A DNA stretch of 64,000 bases from Candidatus Moraniibacteriota bacterium (GCA_013334765.1 JAAXWW010000004.1:42557-106556); one strand, 5' to 3'; shown: positions 48,288 to 57,899, numbered from the stretch's first letter. A program made the numbers and translations. Notes: generated from the letters alone by a model not told the origin.

Positions 48288-48791
48288 ATGAGATACGAAC
48301 TGCTGTTCCTAGTTGGAACATCCAAAGAGACCGAGCTGGAGAAAATCAAGAAGGACGTCTATGAGATCATCGAATCCAACGGCGGAGCCTTTGAAGAAAA
48401 AGAGGTCATCGAAAAAAGGAAGCTGGCCTATGAAGTCAGCCATGAGACTCATGGAAGCTATGTCGCCAGAAGATTCAATCTCGATGAATCCGACAAGATG
48501 AGCGACATCAACACCAAGCTGAACCTGTATACCGGGGTGCTGCGCTTCATGATAAGCAAGGCTTCAGAACTGCCTGAGCTCAAAACCAAGGAAGAAAGAA
48601 TGGGAATAGCCAAGGAAGCGGAAGAGAAGGAAGCCGCATCAATGGCAAGGGAACAAAAAGAAGAAGCTGAGAAAAAAGAAGCCAGCGAAAAGAAAGAGGA
48701 AGTCCAAGAAATCAAGAAGGAGAAGAAAAAGAAAACAGTAGCCGAACAGGAAGATATCGACAAGAAGATCGAGGAAATCCTCAACATCTAG
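48288..48791 (+). CDS. rpsF: 30S ribosomal protein S6 with a long Lys/Glu-rich C-terminal tail
   Basis: MRYELLFLV...KRKLAYEV core; first gene of rpsF-ssb-rpsR. Confidence 0.8.
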   Translation: MRYELLFLVGTSKETELEKIKKDVYEIIESNGGAFEEKEVIEKRKLAYEVSHETHGSYVARRFNLDESDKMSDINTKLNLYTGVLRFMISKASELPELKTKEERMGIAKEAEEKEAASMAREQKEEAEKKEASEKKEEVQEIKKEKKKKTVAEQEDIDKKIEEILNI

Positions 48792-48874
48792 ACCGACCAA
48801 CCACAAAAAAACTAATAACTAAAATCATCGCGTTGCCGAAAAAATCCGGCGGCATGAAGATTTGAAAAATTATT

Positions 48875-49351
48875 ATGAACATAAACAAAGTCGTTCTAGT
48901 CGGCAGATTGACAAGAGACCCGGAAGTGAGAACCACCCCTTCAGGAAAGACCGTCGCTACGGTCTCGCTCGCAACCTCTTTCACATGGAAAGACGCGACC
49001 GGACAAAAGCAGGAAAAAACCGAATTCCACAACATAGTCATTTGGGGCAAGCTCGGTGAAATAGCCGGACAATACCTCATCAAGGGGCAGGAAGCATATT
49101 TCGAAGGAAGGCTTCAGACAAGGAAATATACCGGGAAAGACGGGATCGAAAGAAGGACGACTGAAATCGTCGCCGAAAACATGCAGCTCGGATCTAAACC
49201 GCAGGGAGCACCAAGAACCCCTAATTCCAGCTACCAAGCCCCTGCTCCATCAGCAGCTCCTGCGCAGCAGAAAGAAGCCCCGATGGAAGAAATCCCGACC
49301 ATCAATCTCGATGACGAGGAAGAAGTGAGAATCGAAGACGTGCCTTTTTAA
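48875..49351 (+). CDS. ssb: single-stranded DNA-binding protein
   Basis: OB-fold N-terminus (MNINKVVLVGRLTRDPEVR), acidic C-terminal tip ending DVPF. Confidence 0.9.
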   Translation: MNINKVVLVGRLTRDPEVRTTPSGKTVATVSLATSFTWKDATGQKQEKTEFHNIVIWGKLGEIAGQYLIKGQEAYFEGRLQTRKYTGKDGIERRTTEIVAENMQLGSKPQGAPRTPNSSYQAPAPSAAPAQQKEAPMEEIPTINLDDEEEVRIEDVPF

Positions 49352-49397
49352 GCAAGTCTATTCTACACTTTCAGTTCCATACTATCGAATATCACGG

Positions 49398-49478
49398 CGT
49401 TTCCTTGCGAACATATTGTTTTTGCGGCTTCCGTGCGAAGCGAAAGGCAAGCAAAAATGATATGTTCGCAAGGAAACG
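49398..49478. repeat. 81-bp hairpin element (28-bp IR arms, conserved loop GGCTTCCGTG..GCGAAGCGAAAGGCAAG) inserted between ssb and rpsR
   Basis: Arms cgtttccttgcgaacatattgtttttgc / gcaaaaatgatatgttcgcaaggaaacg; paralog at 50361..50447. Confidence 0.65.
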
Positions 49479-49517
49479 ACCCCGTATTACTTAATAAGCA
49501 GTAACCTAAGCAAACCC

Positions 49518-49760
49518 ATGGCAAATTACAACAACCAAGACAGGAACAGCCAGCAAGAAAAGAAAGTCTGTCACTTCTGTCAGAACAGGATCGACAAGAT
49601 CGATTTCAAAGACGTATACCTTCTCCGCCGTTTCATGAATTCCCAAGGAAAAATATACAGCCCGAAAAGACACGGAACCTGCACCCGGCACCAAAGGATC
49701 CTCGCTAACGCGATCAAGAAAGCCAGGACCATGGCGCTCGTACCGTTCGTCGTGAAATAA
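49518..49760 (+). CDS. rpsR: 30S ribosomal protein S18
   Basis: Conserved S18 core (VCHFCQNRIDKIDFKDVYLLRRFMNSQGKIYSPKRHGTCTRHQR). Confidence 0.9.
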   Translation: MANYNNQDRNSQQEKKVCHFCQNRIDKIDFKDVYLLRRFMNSQGKIYSPKRHGTCTRHQRILANAIKKARTMALVPFVVK

Positions 49761-49778
49761 ACAGTAACCGAAAAGAAA

Positions 49779-50336
49779 ATGATAGGAATATCAGAAATAA
49801 AATCAGGAAAAACCATAATCCTGAATGGCGTTCCGTTCGCCGTCCTCTATCACGAACATTCGAAAACCGGACGCGCCGGATCAGTGCTCAGAACGAGGCT
49901 CAAGAACCTTGCCACCGGAGCCGTCCTCGAAAAGACATTCCAAGGCGCCGAACAAGTCGACGAGACCGAAATCAAGAAATCGAAAGCCCAATTCACCTAC
50001 AAAGAAGGCAACGACTACAATTTCATGGACACCGAGTCGTATGAACAGTTCTCGCTTTCAAAAGAAGTGCTCGGGGAAAACGTCGACTATCTGATCGAAG
50101 GCGCCGAAGTGCTGTTCCTCTATTTCAACGACAACCCCATAAACATTGAGCTTCCGGTCAAAATGACTTTCCGTGTCACAGACGCTCCGCCGGGAATCAA
50201 GGGCAACACCGTTTCAACCGGAGGAAAGCTCGTCACCATCGAGACCGGAAAGAAAATCGCTACTCCCCTTTTCGTAGAAGCCGGAGACAGCATAATCGTC
50301 AACACCGAAAAAGGAGAATACGTGAGCCGGGCATAA
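49779..50336 (+). CDS. efp: elongation factor P
   Basis: 185 aa, three OB/KOW-like domains; conserved loop ...HSKTGRAGS... (modified Lys/Arg position). Confidence 0.9.
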   Translation: MIGISEIKSGKTIILNGVPFAVLYHEHSKTGRAGSVLRTRLKNLATGAVLEKTFQGAEQVDETEIKKSKAQFTYKEGNDYNFMDTESYEQFSLSKEVLGENVDYLIEGAEVLFLYFNDNPINIELPVKMTFRVTDAPPGIKGNTVSTGGKLVTIETGKKIATPLFVEAGDSIIVNTEKGEYVSRA

Positions 50337-50360
50337 TAGACACGAAGATCGACACATCAA

Positions 50361-50447
50361 GTTTTCTCTCAAGCATAATCATTTTGCGGCTTCCGTGTGA
50401 GCGAAGCGAACGAAAGGCAAGTAAAATGATTATGCTTGAGAGAAAAC
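50361..50447. repeat. 87-bp hairpin element, paralog of 49398..49478, between efp and smpB
   Basis: Outer arm sequences differ but still pair (compensatory changes); inner arm + loop conserved (ATTTTGCGGCTTCCGTGTGAGCGAAGCGAACGAAAGGCAAGTAAAATGA). Confidence 0.65.
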
Positions 50448-50494
50448 TGGTCAAATAGAACCGCCCCGCTCCCTGTTTCTTTATTTTCCAATTT

Positions 50495-50941
50495 ATGAGT
50501 GTCCTAGCAATCAACAAACGAGCCGGTTTCGATTACTTCATTACCGACAAATATGAGGCCGGTTTGGTTTTGACAGGACAAGAGGTGAAATCAGTCAAAC
50601 TTGGGCATTTGAGCCTCAAGGAAAGTTTCGTCACCGTGAAAGGCAACGAGCTGTTCCTCACCAATACCCACATCTCGCCCTATAAGCATGCCGGGAACCT
50701 TCTAGGGTATAACCCGACGCGCCCCAGGAAGCTCCTAGTCAAAAAGTCCGAAATCCGCCATCTGACAGGGAAAATAAAGGAAAAAGGCTTGACATTAGTG
50801 CCGATTCGAGTATATACTAAAGGGCGACTAGTGAAATTGGAATTCGGAATAGGAAAAGGGAAGAAACAGTTCGATAAGCGCGAAGATACGGCAAAAAAAG
50901 AGGCCCGGAGAAGCATGGAAAGAGCGCTCAAGAACAGCTAG
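50495..50941 (+). CDS. smpB: SsrA-binding protein SmpB
   Basis: 148 aa, SmpB fold motifs (NKRAGFDYFI..., ...GKGKKQFDKRE). Confidence 0.9.
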   Translation: MSVLAINKRAGFDYFITDKYEAGLVLTGQEVKSVKLGHLSLKESFVTVKGNELFLTNTHISPYKHAGNLLGYNPTRPRKLLVKKSEIRHLTGKIKEKGLTLVPIRVYTKGRLVKLEFGIGKGKKQFDKREDTAKKEARRSMERALKNS

Positions 50942-50954
50942 CCACACCCAAATC

Positions 50955-51345
50955 GGGGATGTTTGGCTTCGACAGATTGTACGTTTAAAATATGCAAGCC
51001 GAAGTCGATGGGTCTTCGCAAAAAACCATCAAACGTCATAAGTGCAAACTTATACACAAAAGCAAGAACTGCAATGGCGCAAGCCTTTTCAGCCAACTTC
51101 GCTACCGCTTTAGCCTAACAAGGCTTTAGCCATCGAACTTCCGATTCCTGATAGGAAGACCTCGGTGCCAAATATCAGGATGGTCGTCCTTGTCCTCTTC
51201 TTGCAAGTTCGATAAGAAAAGATGAAGATAGAACGGGGTTATTTTTCCTGCTTCCTACCCCCGCTCGAAAAAAATAAGCAGGATACGCTTGTAGATTATT
51301 TTGAATGAACAGTTATGGACGCGAGTTCAATTCTCGCCATCTCCA
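50955..51345 (+). ncRNA. ssrA: tmRNA (SsrA); tRNA-like domain at both ends, tag reading frame ending ...ANFATALA-TAA at 51118; CCA not encoded
   Basis: 5' GGGGATG pairs with 3' CATCTCC-A; T-arm GGACGCGAGTTCAATTCTCGCC; Ala-rich tag frame with ALA* terminus; adjacent to smpB. Confidence 0.8.
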
Positions 51346-51347
51346 CA

Positions 51348-51929
51348 ATAATAATATTTAAGGACAAACCTATCAGAAGGACATTCCACCGGCGCCCTGT
51401 TCAGAAAAAGGAGCCCGAACACAAAATAAACGAACGCATCCGGGCTTTGGAAGTTCGGCTCATCGGCGAAAACGGCGAGCAGTTCGGAGTGATACCGACC
51501 CAGGAAGCATTGGCAATGGCTCAAGAGCAATCCCTTGACCTGGTCGAGGTATCGCCGAAATCAGTTCCGCCCGTATGCCGCATCATGGATTATGGCAAAT
51601 TCCAATACCAGCAATCCAAACAGGAAAAGATCCATAAGGTCAAACAGAAGAAATCGGAAATAAAAGGAATCCGCATAGGAGCCAGGACCGACGAGCATGA
51701 CCTCAATTTCAAAAAGGATCAGGCTGAAAAATTCCTGACCAAAGGAAACAAAGTGAAGGTTGAAATAATCCTGCGCGGACGGGAGAAAGCCTATCAGGAT
51801 CTCGCCAGGCAGAACCTCCATAATTTCATCAAGAACATAACCGCCCCCTACAAGATAGAACAGGAGATCAAAAGATTCCCGGGCGGATTCAATGTCATAA
51901 TAACCCCTGAAATAATTGCTAAGCAATAA
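51348..51929 (+). CDS. infC: translation initiation factor IF-3; non-ATG start (in-frame ATA codons at 51348/51351/51354), exact start uncertain
   Basis: INERIRALEVRLIGENGEQ N-domain and C-domain conserved; infC-rpmI-rplT order; the ATG of the ORF track lies inside the tmRNA 3' end. Confidence 0.75.
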   Translation: MIIFKDKPIRRTFHRRPVQKKEPEHKINERIRALEVRLIGENGEQFGVIPTQEALAMAQEQSLDLVEVSPKSVPPVCRIMDYGKFQYQQSKQEKIHKVKQKKSEIKGIRIGARTDEHDLNFKKDQAEKFLTKGNKVKVEIILRGREKAYQDLARQNLHNFIKNITAPYKIEQEIKRFPGGFNVIITPEIIAKQ

Positions 51930-51932
51930 AAT

Positions 51933-52133
51933 ATGCCAAAATTAAAAACTTTCAAAGCATTGGTGAAAAAAGTGAAGGTTTCCGGAAAAAAGAAAGTCAC
52001 CAAGCGCGCAACCGGACAGAATCACTACAATTCCAAAGACACCGGAGAACAAGGACGCAAAAAGAAAAAAGACCAGAGGCTTTTCAAGGCTGACGAAAAG
52101 AACGTATTGAAAGCCATCCCCTACGCCTACTAA
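51933..52133 (+). CDS. rpmI: 50S ribosomal protein L35
   Basis: MPKLKT..., 66 aa, basic. Confidence 0.85.
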   Translation: MPKLKTFKALVKKVKVSGKKKVTKRATGQNHYNSKDTGEQGRKKKKDQRLFKADEKNVLKAIPYAY

Positions 52134-52191
52134 ATCAATAATTCAGAGCAAACATGTTACGTGTTCCATGTGCCATGTTCCATGAAATATC

Positions 52192-52536
52192 ATGACAAGA
52201 GTAAAACGCGGAGTATCCGCATCGAAAAGAAGGAAGAATCTTCTTGAGGACGCGAAAGGATACCGCTGGAAAAGGAAATCCCATTTCCGCTCCGCCAAGC
52301 AAGCCGTCCTGAAAGCCGGAGCCTACGCTCTTCGCGACAGGAGAACCAAGAAGAGGACTATGAGAAGGCTATGGATAACGCGCCTCAACATCGCCCTCCG
52401 AGAGCTTGGCACCAAATACAGCGCCTTCATCAAGTCGCTCGCTGACAAGAAAATAGAAGTCGACAGGAAAGTGCTTTCCGAAATGGCTGTTGAAAATCCG
52501 AACATCTTCAAGAAGTTCGTCGAAGAAGTCAAATAG
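52192..52536 (+). CDS. rplT: 50S ribosomal protein L20
   Basis: MTRVKRGV...RRK; canonical L20. Confidence 0.9.
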   Translation: MTRVKRGVSASKRRKNLLEDAKGYRWKRKSHFRSAKQAVLKAGAYALRDRRTKKRTMRRLWITRLNIALRELGTKYSAFIKSLADKKIEVDRKVLSEMAVENPNIFKKFVEEVK

Positions 52537-52544
52537 ACCGATAT

Positions 52545-52580
52545 AAAAAATCCTCTGCCTAGGCAGAGGATTTTTTTATT
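52545..52580. terminator. Bidirectional rho-independent terminator (palindromic stem, A-tract / T-tract on either side)
   Basis: aaaaaatcctctgcc-tagg-cagaggattttttt. Confidence 0.7.
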
Positions 52581-52773
52581 TCTTCTTCAATATCACTTCC
52601 TTGATGAGCCTTTGCAAAGCATAGAAAGGCAGCCACATCCAGAGCGTCTTCGCTACCCAGTCGTCCCAGAACTTGTTCTGATTGGTCGACAGGTAATAAT
52701 AGGCAAGATAGATGACGAAAACGAAAAGGGCGATCGGTACCAATATGAGAGCATAGTAATCGACAATGTTCAT
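52576..52773 (-). CDS. hypothetical small membrane protein (65 aa, 2 TM)
   Basis: Hydrophobic ORF ending at the bidirectional terminator; stop overlaps the next gene's start region. Confidence 0.4.
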   Translation of the reverse strand: MNIVDYYALILVPIALFVFVIYLAYYYLSTNQNKFWDDWVAKTLWMWLPFYALQRLIKEVILKKK

Positions 52774-53486
52774 CTTGTTTTTTTCTTATTTATTAAATCG
52801 GGGTTCATTTCATAAATAACATCCTTCTTCTCGACCACGATATTCCAGTTGTTCTTCTCCGCAATCATTCGCAGGTTGGTGTTCGGATTGAAAGCTACCG
52901 GATTATCGACAAGCTCCAGGAATTTCACATCCGATTCGGTGTCCCCCATCCCGAAAGAACCAACAAGTGAAATGTCGTTCTCCGCCACGAACTGTTTGAC
53001 GACCGCTCCCTTGTCCTTGGTCGGCTCGAAAATAGTCCTCCCTGTATATATCTTATGCTTGTCTATCTCATAGACGCTTCCGAAATAAGCATCGAACGAG
53101 AACAGCTTGGCATATTCTTTCACTATTTCGATAGGAGATCCGGATATGGCAAGCATGATATGGTCATCCCTGAATTTTTCGATTATATCCTTGGCGAAAA
53201 TATATGTCCTTTTGGCATTGAAGACAGCCACTTGGCGCGAAGCCTTGATGATCTCTTCCTGATTGTGCCCTTTGATATTCTTCTCATAGAGCGCTACCAG
53301 CTTATCCCTGTATGCTTCATATGTGCCTTCATTGTCCAGCCAGCTGCCGTAAAGGGCAACCAGCTCGTCGCGGACCGATTTATCGAAAATCTTCATCCAG
53401 ACCAGCTCGTTCAAAAGCTCGAAAGCGAGGTTCTTCCGGAAAATGGTTCCATCTATATCGAATATGGCGAGTTTCTTTTTTTGCAT
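52770..53486 (-). CDS. HAD-superfamily hydrolase (subfamily IB-like); start at MQKKKLAIFDIDGT
   Basis: Motif I DIDGT, motif II/III consistent with the HAD fold; the upstream TTG at 53519 is less likely. Confidence 0.75.
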   Translation of the reverse strand: MQKKKLAIFDIDGTIFRKNLAFELLNELVWMKIFDKSVRDELVALYGSWLDNEGTYEAYRDKLVALYEKNIKGHNQEEIIKASRQVAVFNAKRTYIFAKDIIEKFRDDHIMLAISGSPIEIVKEYAKLFSFDAYFGSVYEIDKHKIYTGRTIFEPTKDKGAVVKQFVAENDISLVGSFGMGDTESDVKFLELVDNPVAFNPNTNLRMIAEKNNWNIVVEKKDVIYEMNPDLINKKKTR

Positions 53487-53494
53487 AACAATAT

Positions 53495-54163
53495 TCAGAA
53501 TCTTATGTATTCGTTCCAACGTTCATACAGTTCTTTGGTAGTCAGAAGATCCCTCACGCAATACCGCGCGATATCGAGATATTTTCCTGAGCGATACATT
53601 TCCCCGACCATCGATCCGTCCACGCCTTCCTCTTTGGAACTCTTGATCCCGAAAGATTTAGCATAGAAGTCCAGGCTGAACCTTCTGGTCGCTCCATAGA
53701 AAGTCAGCTGATCAAGCAAATCGCAGTGCTCGCGCGCGTCATAGCGGTATCCCATAAGGTTCTTCGCGGGACTGACCTTGTGGACAGCGCTTCTCATGAT
53801 GAGGAATGGGGCATCGAATCCCCTGCCGTTGAAAGTCACCAACTGGCTATAATTCTTCACCTTGTCCCAGAATTTTTCCAATATCTCCTTTTCCGTCCCG
53901 GATTCATACAATATGCCATCCTCTTCGAAAGACTCCGGAGCATTGCCTCCGTTTTGGAAAAGAGAAGTACCTTTCATCGTGTCAGGATTGAGCATCCCGA
54001 TGGTGACGATTTCTCCAGTAAGCGGAAAAAGAGCCAACTTGCTCTTGATGTCCTCGCGCTCATCATCCGATCCGGCATATTTCAAGAGATATTCCTGGCT
54101 TTTCTCATCGAACGATTCGAAGTCGAATCCGGATGTTTCTATGTCGACGATTATTTTTGACAT
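53495..54163 (-). CDS. RNase H-like 3'-5' exonuclease (PolB-exonuclease-like family)
   Basis: Exo I motif IIVDIETSGFD, Exo III-like YCVRDLLTTKELY. Confidence 0.65.
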   Translation of the reverse strand: MSKIIVDIETSGFDFESFDEKSQEYLLKYAGSDDEREDIKSKLALFPLTGEIVTIGMLNPDTMKGTSLFQNGGNAPESFEEDGILYESGTEKEILEKFWDKVKNYSQLVTFNGRGFDAPFLIMRSAVHKVSPAKNLMGYRYDAREHCDLLDQLTFYGATRRFSLDFYAKSFGIKSSKEEGVDGSMVGEMYRSGKYLDIARYCVRDLLTTKELYERWNEYIRF

Positions 54164-54176
54164 TGTAATTTCATCA

Positions 54177-54635
54177 TTACGCTTTATATTTTTTCTTTCC
54201 GGAGTCCCTTATAATCATCTGACGCTTCTCAATCTCCGCAACTCTTCTTTCCAGCATATCCAGCCGATCCGAATCAGCCTTGCTTCTCAGTTCCGAACGC
54301 ATATCCTTTATTTCCGATTTTATTTCCATGATCTCGTCTTCGATATTGGAAAAATGCTCAAAGACCAGCTTGAAATTGTTGCGGGTTTCTTTTTCAAAGC
54401 TGTCAAACCTGCTTCTTAACCCTCCGACTTCCATTTTCAAGCCATCAACATCAACTCTTAATCTGCAAACTTCATCACTGAGATTATCGATAGACCTCGC
54501 TAAAACAGAATGCCCTTCCGCCACTGCCTTTATGTCTCCTCGCATATCTTCCAAAAGCACCATCATCCTGTCCTCTTTGGATTTTTTCGGAGATTTCTTA
54601 TTTAGGGATATTTTCTTTTTTGGCTGTATTTTCAT
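54177..54635 (-). CDS. hypothetical coiled-coil protein
   Basis: 152 aa, Lys-rich N-terminus and heptad-like repeats. Confidence 0.45.
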   Translation of the reverse strand: MKIQPKKKISLNKKSPKKSKEDRMMVLLEDMRGDIKAVAEGHSVLARSIDNLSDEVCRLRVDVDGLKMEVGGLRSRFDSFEKETRNNFKLVFEHFSNIEDEIMEIKSEIKDMRSELRSKADSDRLDMLERRVAEIEKRQMIIRDSGKKKYKA

Positions 54636-54708
54636 AAGATTATGAGATATTCACGAAATATATGCGCTTCCTACATCCTAACACAAAATATTTCCCAAGA
54701 AAAATAAG

Positions 54709-55872
54709 CTAATACACGATAACTTTGGTTCCGATATCCGCCCAATCGAAGACTTGCTTGGCTGGACCCACCCCGAGACGGATGCACCCGTGGGATACCG
54801 GGATCCCCAAATGCGCCGCGCCTTCCTTGTATCCGTTGGGCCACTCGGGAAGCTCATGGATCCCGACTGCGCCGCTCGCAGTTATCGCCATCCAGTTGGG
54901 CATATACAGGCCGTATTCCCTCGAATAGGCCCGCGGAGCCTTGTTATATACCTGATGCTCGCCCTTAGGGGTCTCCATGCCTCTTTTGCCTGAGGAGATC
55001 ATGAACGCATCCAGAAGCTTGCCGTCCTCGAAAATGGTCATTATCTGCTCGGAAAGATTCACGTCTATATATCTCCCTTGACTTATCTTAGGCTTGGTGA
55101 AGCGCCTGGCCTGTCCGAGACGGAGCGTGAAATCCTTTTCCCAAGCGACAGGAGCGGCCGGCAGAGTATCGAAATAGCCGGTATATATCTGTCGGTAATT
55201 CTCGTCTCCTGACGATTCCGGCTTTATGCTGATCTTGAGTTCATAATGGGTCCCGTCCAAGACGCTGCCCTTCGGAAGAAGCCGGAACTGGGTTTTGGTC
55301 GCGTTATTTTCATAGGCCAGCTCGCTTTCGGGAGAAAGATCGAATTTGACGAAGAATCCCTTGGTTGACTTGTCAAAATCAACCGTTATCGGCTCCTCCG
55401 TATCTATTATGACATCCTTGGAGCTGTTAGCCGGAACAAGCTTGACTATTCTCGGATATCCTTGGGTCTTGAAAGAAATCTTTTGGCTGGCGAAATTAGT
55501 GAGCATCGTAGTCTTCCCTGCCGGCAGCATGATCATGTATTCGCTTTCCGGCTTCCAGAATCCGATCGGGGTGATGACGATGTTCCGATTGGATTTGTCG
55601 AAACTGACATTGGCTTTCTCATTCGGGAATATTTTCACGTCTTTCAGGTATTCCTTGCCCATGACCGGAACGGAAAAATTGACAGTCACCGCGTCCTTGA
55701 GACCGACATCGCCGCTTTTTCCGATAGACACCTTTTCGCCGTATTCGCTCAGATAGAAATGGGCGCCATAGACAGCGCTGCCCGCGAAAAAAGCAACCAG
55801 CCCCAAAACGAAAACCATCTTGCGGCACAGTTCCAACATGTCTGCACTATTATGCGTCTTTGATCTTTTCAT
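54709..55872 (-). CDS. L,D-transpeptidase family protein (YkuD domain)
   Basis: Catalytic SHGCIRL motif near the C-terminus; N-terminal TM. Confidence 0.8.
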   Translation of the reverse strand: MKRSKTHNSADMLELCRKMVFVLGLVAFFAGSAVYGAHFYLSEYGEKVSIGKSGDVGLKDAVTVNFSVPVMGKEYLKDVKIFPNEKANVSFDKSNRNIVITPIGFWKPESEYMIMLPAGKTTMLTNFASQKISFKTQGYPRIVKLVPANSSKDVIIDTEEPITVDFDKSTKGFFVKFDLSPESELAYENNATKTQFRLLPKGSVLDGTHYELKISIKPESSGDENYRQIYTGYFDTLPAAPVAWEKDFTLRLGQARRFTKPKISQGRYIDVNLSEQIMTIFEDGKLLDAFMISSGKRGMETPKGEHQVYNKAPRAYSREYGLYMPNWMAITASGAVGIHELPEWPNGYKEGAAHLGIPVSHGCIRLGVGPAKQVFDWADIGTKVIVY

Positions 55873-55874
55873 AG

Positions 55875-56891
55875 CTATTCATGCATAGCGAATATTTTTT
55901 GGGCTGTGTCCCACATCCGCGCGTCGCCTTGCTTGTCTTTCAGCCAATACCACCATTCCACGCCCCAGAGATATATTTCCGGAAATCCGACCTCCTTGGC
56001 ATATTCGACATTCTTCTCAAGCTGGCCGGGGTTCATCGATTTGAACTGCTCCGACAACGGAGCGTTGGTCGTATAGCCTTTTATCCATGGCTCGGCCTGA
56101 AGCTCTACAATGATGGCGTTCTTCTGCCTAGTCAGGATCCTTGATAGCCAATATTTGGCAATGAAGAAACGGGGTCCGATCGGATAGGTATAGTAGCCGA
56201 ACTTCTCGCTATAGATATTCCGATACATGGTGGTTCCGAAAATGTCAGCCCGTTTGGCAGCATTGACCCACAAGCTCAGCTCTCCCGAATCGGTCACGAT
56301 TATCTTCCTTGTCGGATCGGTTGCGCGCGCGACGGCGATTTCCCTATCCAGAAGGTTGGCGTCCGGCGCCGGGCAGACACCGAAATTCAGGAACGGCTCG
56401 TTCTCGATCTGCCAATATCTGATTTCCGGATCATCCTTATATCTCTCGATTGTTTTCTGGATGAAAACCAGAAGCTCCGATTTCCTTTTCTCATCGTCAT
56501 CTTTGAGATATCCCGGTATGAAGCACTCCGGCCAACGAGGAACCTTCTGCCCTATTGCCAGAATGACTTCGGCTCCGTGTTCCCTGGCATCCTGAAGCTG
56601 CCAATCCAGATCGGAATAATCGAATTTGCCAAGCTCAGGTTCCACTGAATCCCAATAGGCCGGAATCCTGATTTTCTTGATATTGAGATCTGTGAGGGCC
56701 GCATCCAGAACGGCTTTCGGATCAAGCCCTATTTCCCTGGAATACCTGACTGAAAAAGTGACTCCCAGTTTGGCATCGTCGTTCTTTTTCGTGACAGGAA
56801 TGTTGAAATATATCAGGACAACTGTTGCCAAAGCGAAAACGACCAGCAGCGTTTTTCCAAGAAACTTGAGGATTTTTTTGAAAATGATCAT
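55875..56891 (-). CDS. glycoside hydrolase, clan GH-A TIM-barrel (GH5/GH113-like)
   Basis: QIENEP catalytic-acid motif; N-terminal TM anchor. Confidence 0.6.
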   Translation of the reverse strand: MIIFKKILKFLGKTLLVVFALATVVLIYFNIPVTKKNDDAKLGVTFSVRYSREIGLDPKAVLDAALTDLNIKKIRIPAYWDSVEPELGKFDYSDLDWQLQDAREHGAEVILAIGQKVPRWPECFIPGYLKDDDEKRKSELLVFIQKTIERYKDDPEIRYWQIENEPFLNFGVCPAPDANLLDREIAVARATDPTRKIIVTDSGELSLWVNAAKRADIFGTTMYRNIYSEKFGYYTYPIGPRFFIAKYWLSRILTRQKNAIIVELQAEPWIKGYTTNAPLSEQFKSMNPGQLEKNVEYAKEVGFPEIYLWGVEWWYWLKDKQGDARMWDTAQKIFAMHE

Positions 56892-56895
56892 TTGC

Positions 56896-57825
56896 CTATA
56901 TGTGTTTTTTCACGGATACCAAGACGACTCCGAGCGTGATGAGGATAATGGCAGCGAACTTCTGAAAGATGACCCGCCTATCGCCTTTCTCCCGGAAAGT
57001 CTTCGGAAACCATCTGGCGAGGATTATGCCCATAATGAAAATGAACGAGTATTGCAACGCGACCAAGGCATTGACCAGCGTCACGCTCCCGAGCGATATG
57101 GCATAGTTGAGAAGGATCGAACCGATGCCGCCGAGCGCTTTATTGGAAACGAAAAGCGAGCTGGCGCTGTAGTGCTCTTTTTGCGGCGATCTGAAGTGCA
57201 TGAGCGATTTCAGGATAGGCTTCCTCCATTCTCCGAAAAGCAGCAAGCTGCATGCCCCCAGGAAAAGCCCCAAGCGCGTCCAGATGAATATGTTTATGAA
57301 CCTGTCATGCTGATAGAAACCCTTGAAGGAAGTGTAGGCGATGGCTAGAAGCACTCCTGCCAAAATCGATTTGCCGAATCCGTGGAAAAACATCTTCTCT
57401 TTCTTGTCGAACATATTGATGGAAATGAAAAGGCTGCCGATCACCAAAAGGACCACCCCGATGATATGCTCCGGATCGAGACGCTCTTTCAGGAACAAGG
57501 ATGAGATGAAATATGTCGCGATAGTCGTGAAAGCTCCCGACACCGGAGCCACTTGGCTGGCTTCGCTTTTGTCGAACGCAAAAAAGAGGGCCAATATCCC
57601 ATAGAGGAACACCATCCCAGAAAGAACGCTCACGATTATCTTCGGCATCTCTACGAAATGGAACCCGAACGGGAACAGCAGGAAGGCGAAAGTGCTCAGC
57701 ATTCCGGAATAGAAAGCATAGACCGCCGGGTGCGATACGCGCTTGGAGGTGATAAGGAATTTATCCAGAACCATTTCAAGCGCCACCAGGAAATATGCCG
57801 ATATTGTGATTGCTAGCCAGGCCAT
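56896..57825 (-). CDS. EamA/DMT-family transporter (10 TM)
   Basis: Two EamA-like 5-TM repeats. Confidence 0.7.
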   Translation of the reverse strand: MAWLAITISAYFLVALEMVLDKFLITSKRVSHPAVYAFYSGMLSTFAFLLFPFGFHFVEMPKIIVSVLSGMVFLYGILALFFAFDKSEASQVAPVSGAFTTIATYFISSLFLKERLDPEHIIGVVLLVIGSLFISINMFDKKEKMFFHGFGKSILAGVLLAIAYTSFKGFYQHDRFINIFIWTRLGLFLGACSLLLFGEWRKPILKSLMHFRSPQKEHYSASSLFVSNKALGGIGSILLNYAISLGSVTLVNALVALQYSFIFIMGIILARWFPKTFREKGDRRVIFQKFAAIILITLGVVLVSVKKHI

Positions 57826-57899
57826 AACGAGTGATGTTTCTAAGCCGATAATATATCCATTCTACACCAAAAACAACGAAAAGTCCTGGGGGAGGATGA

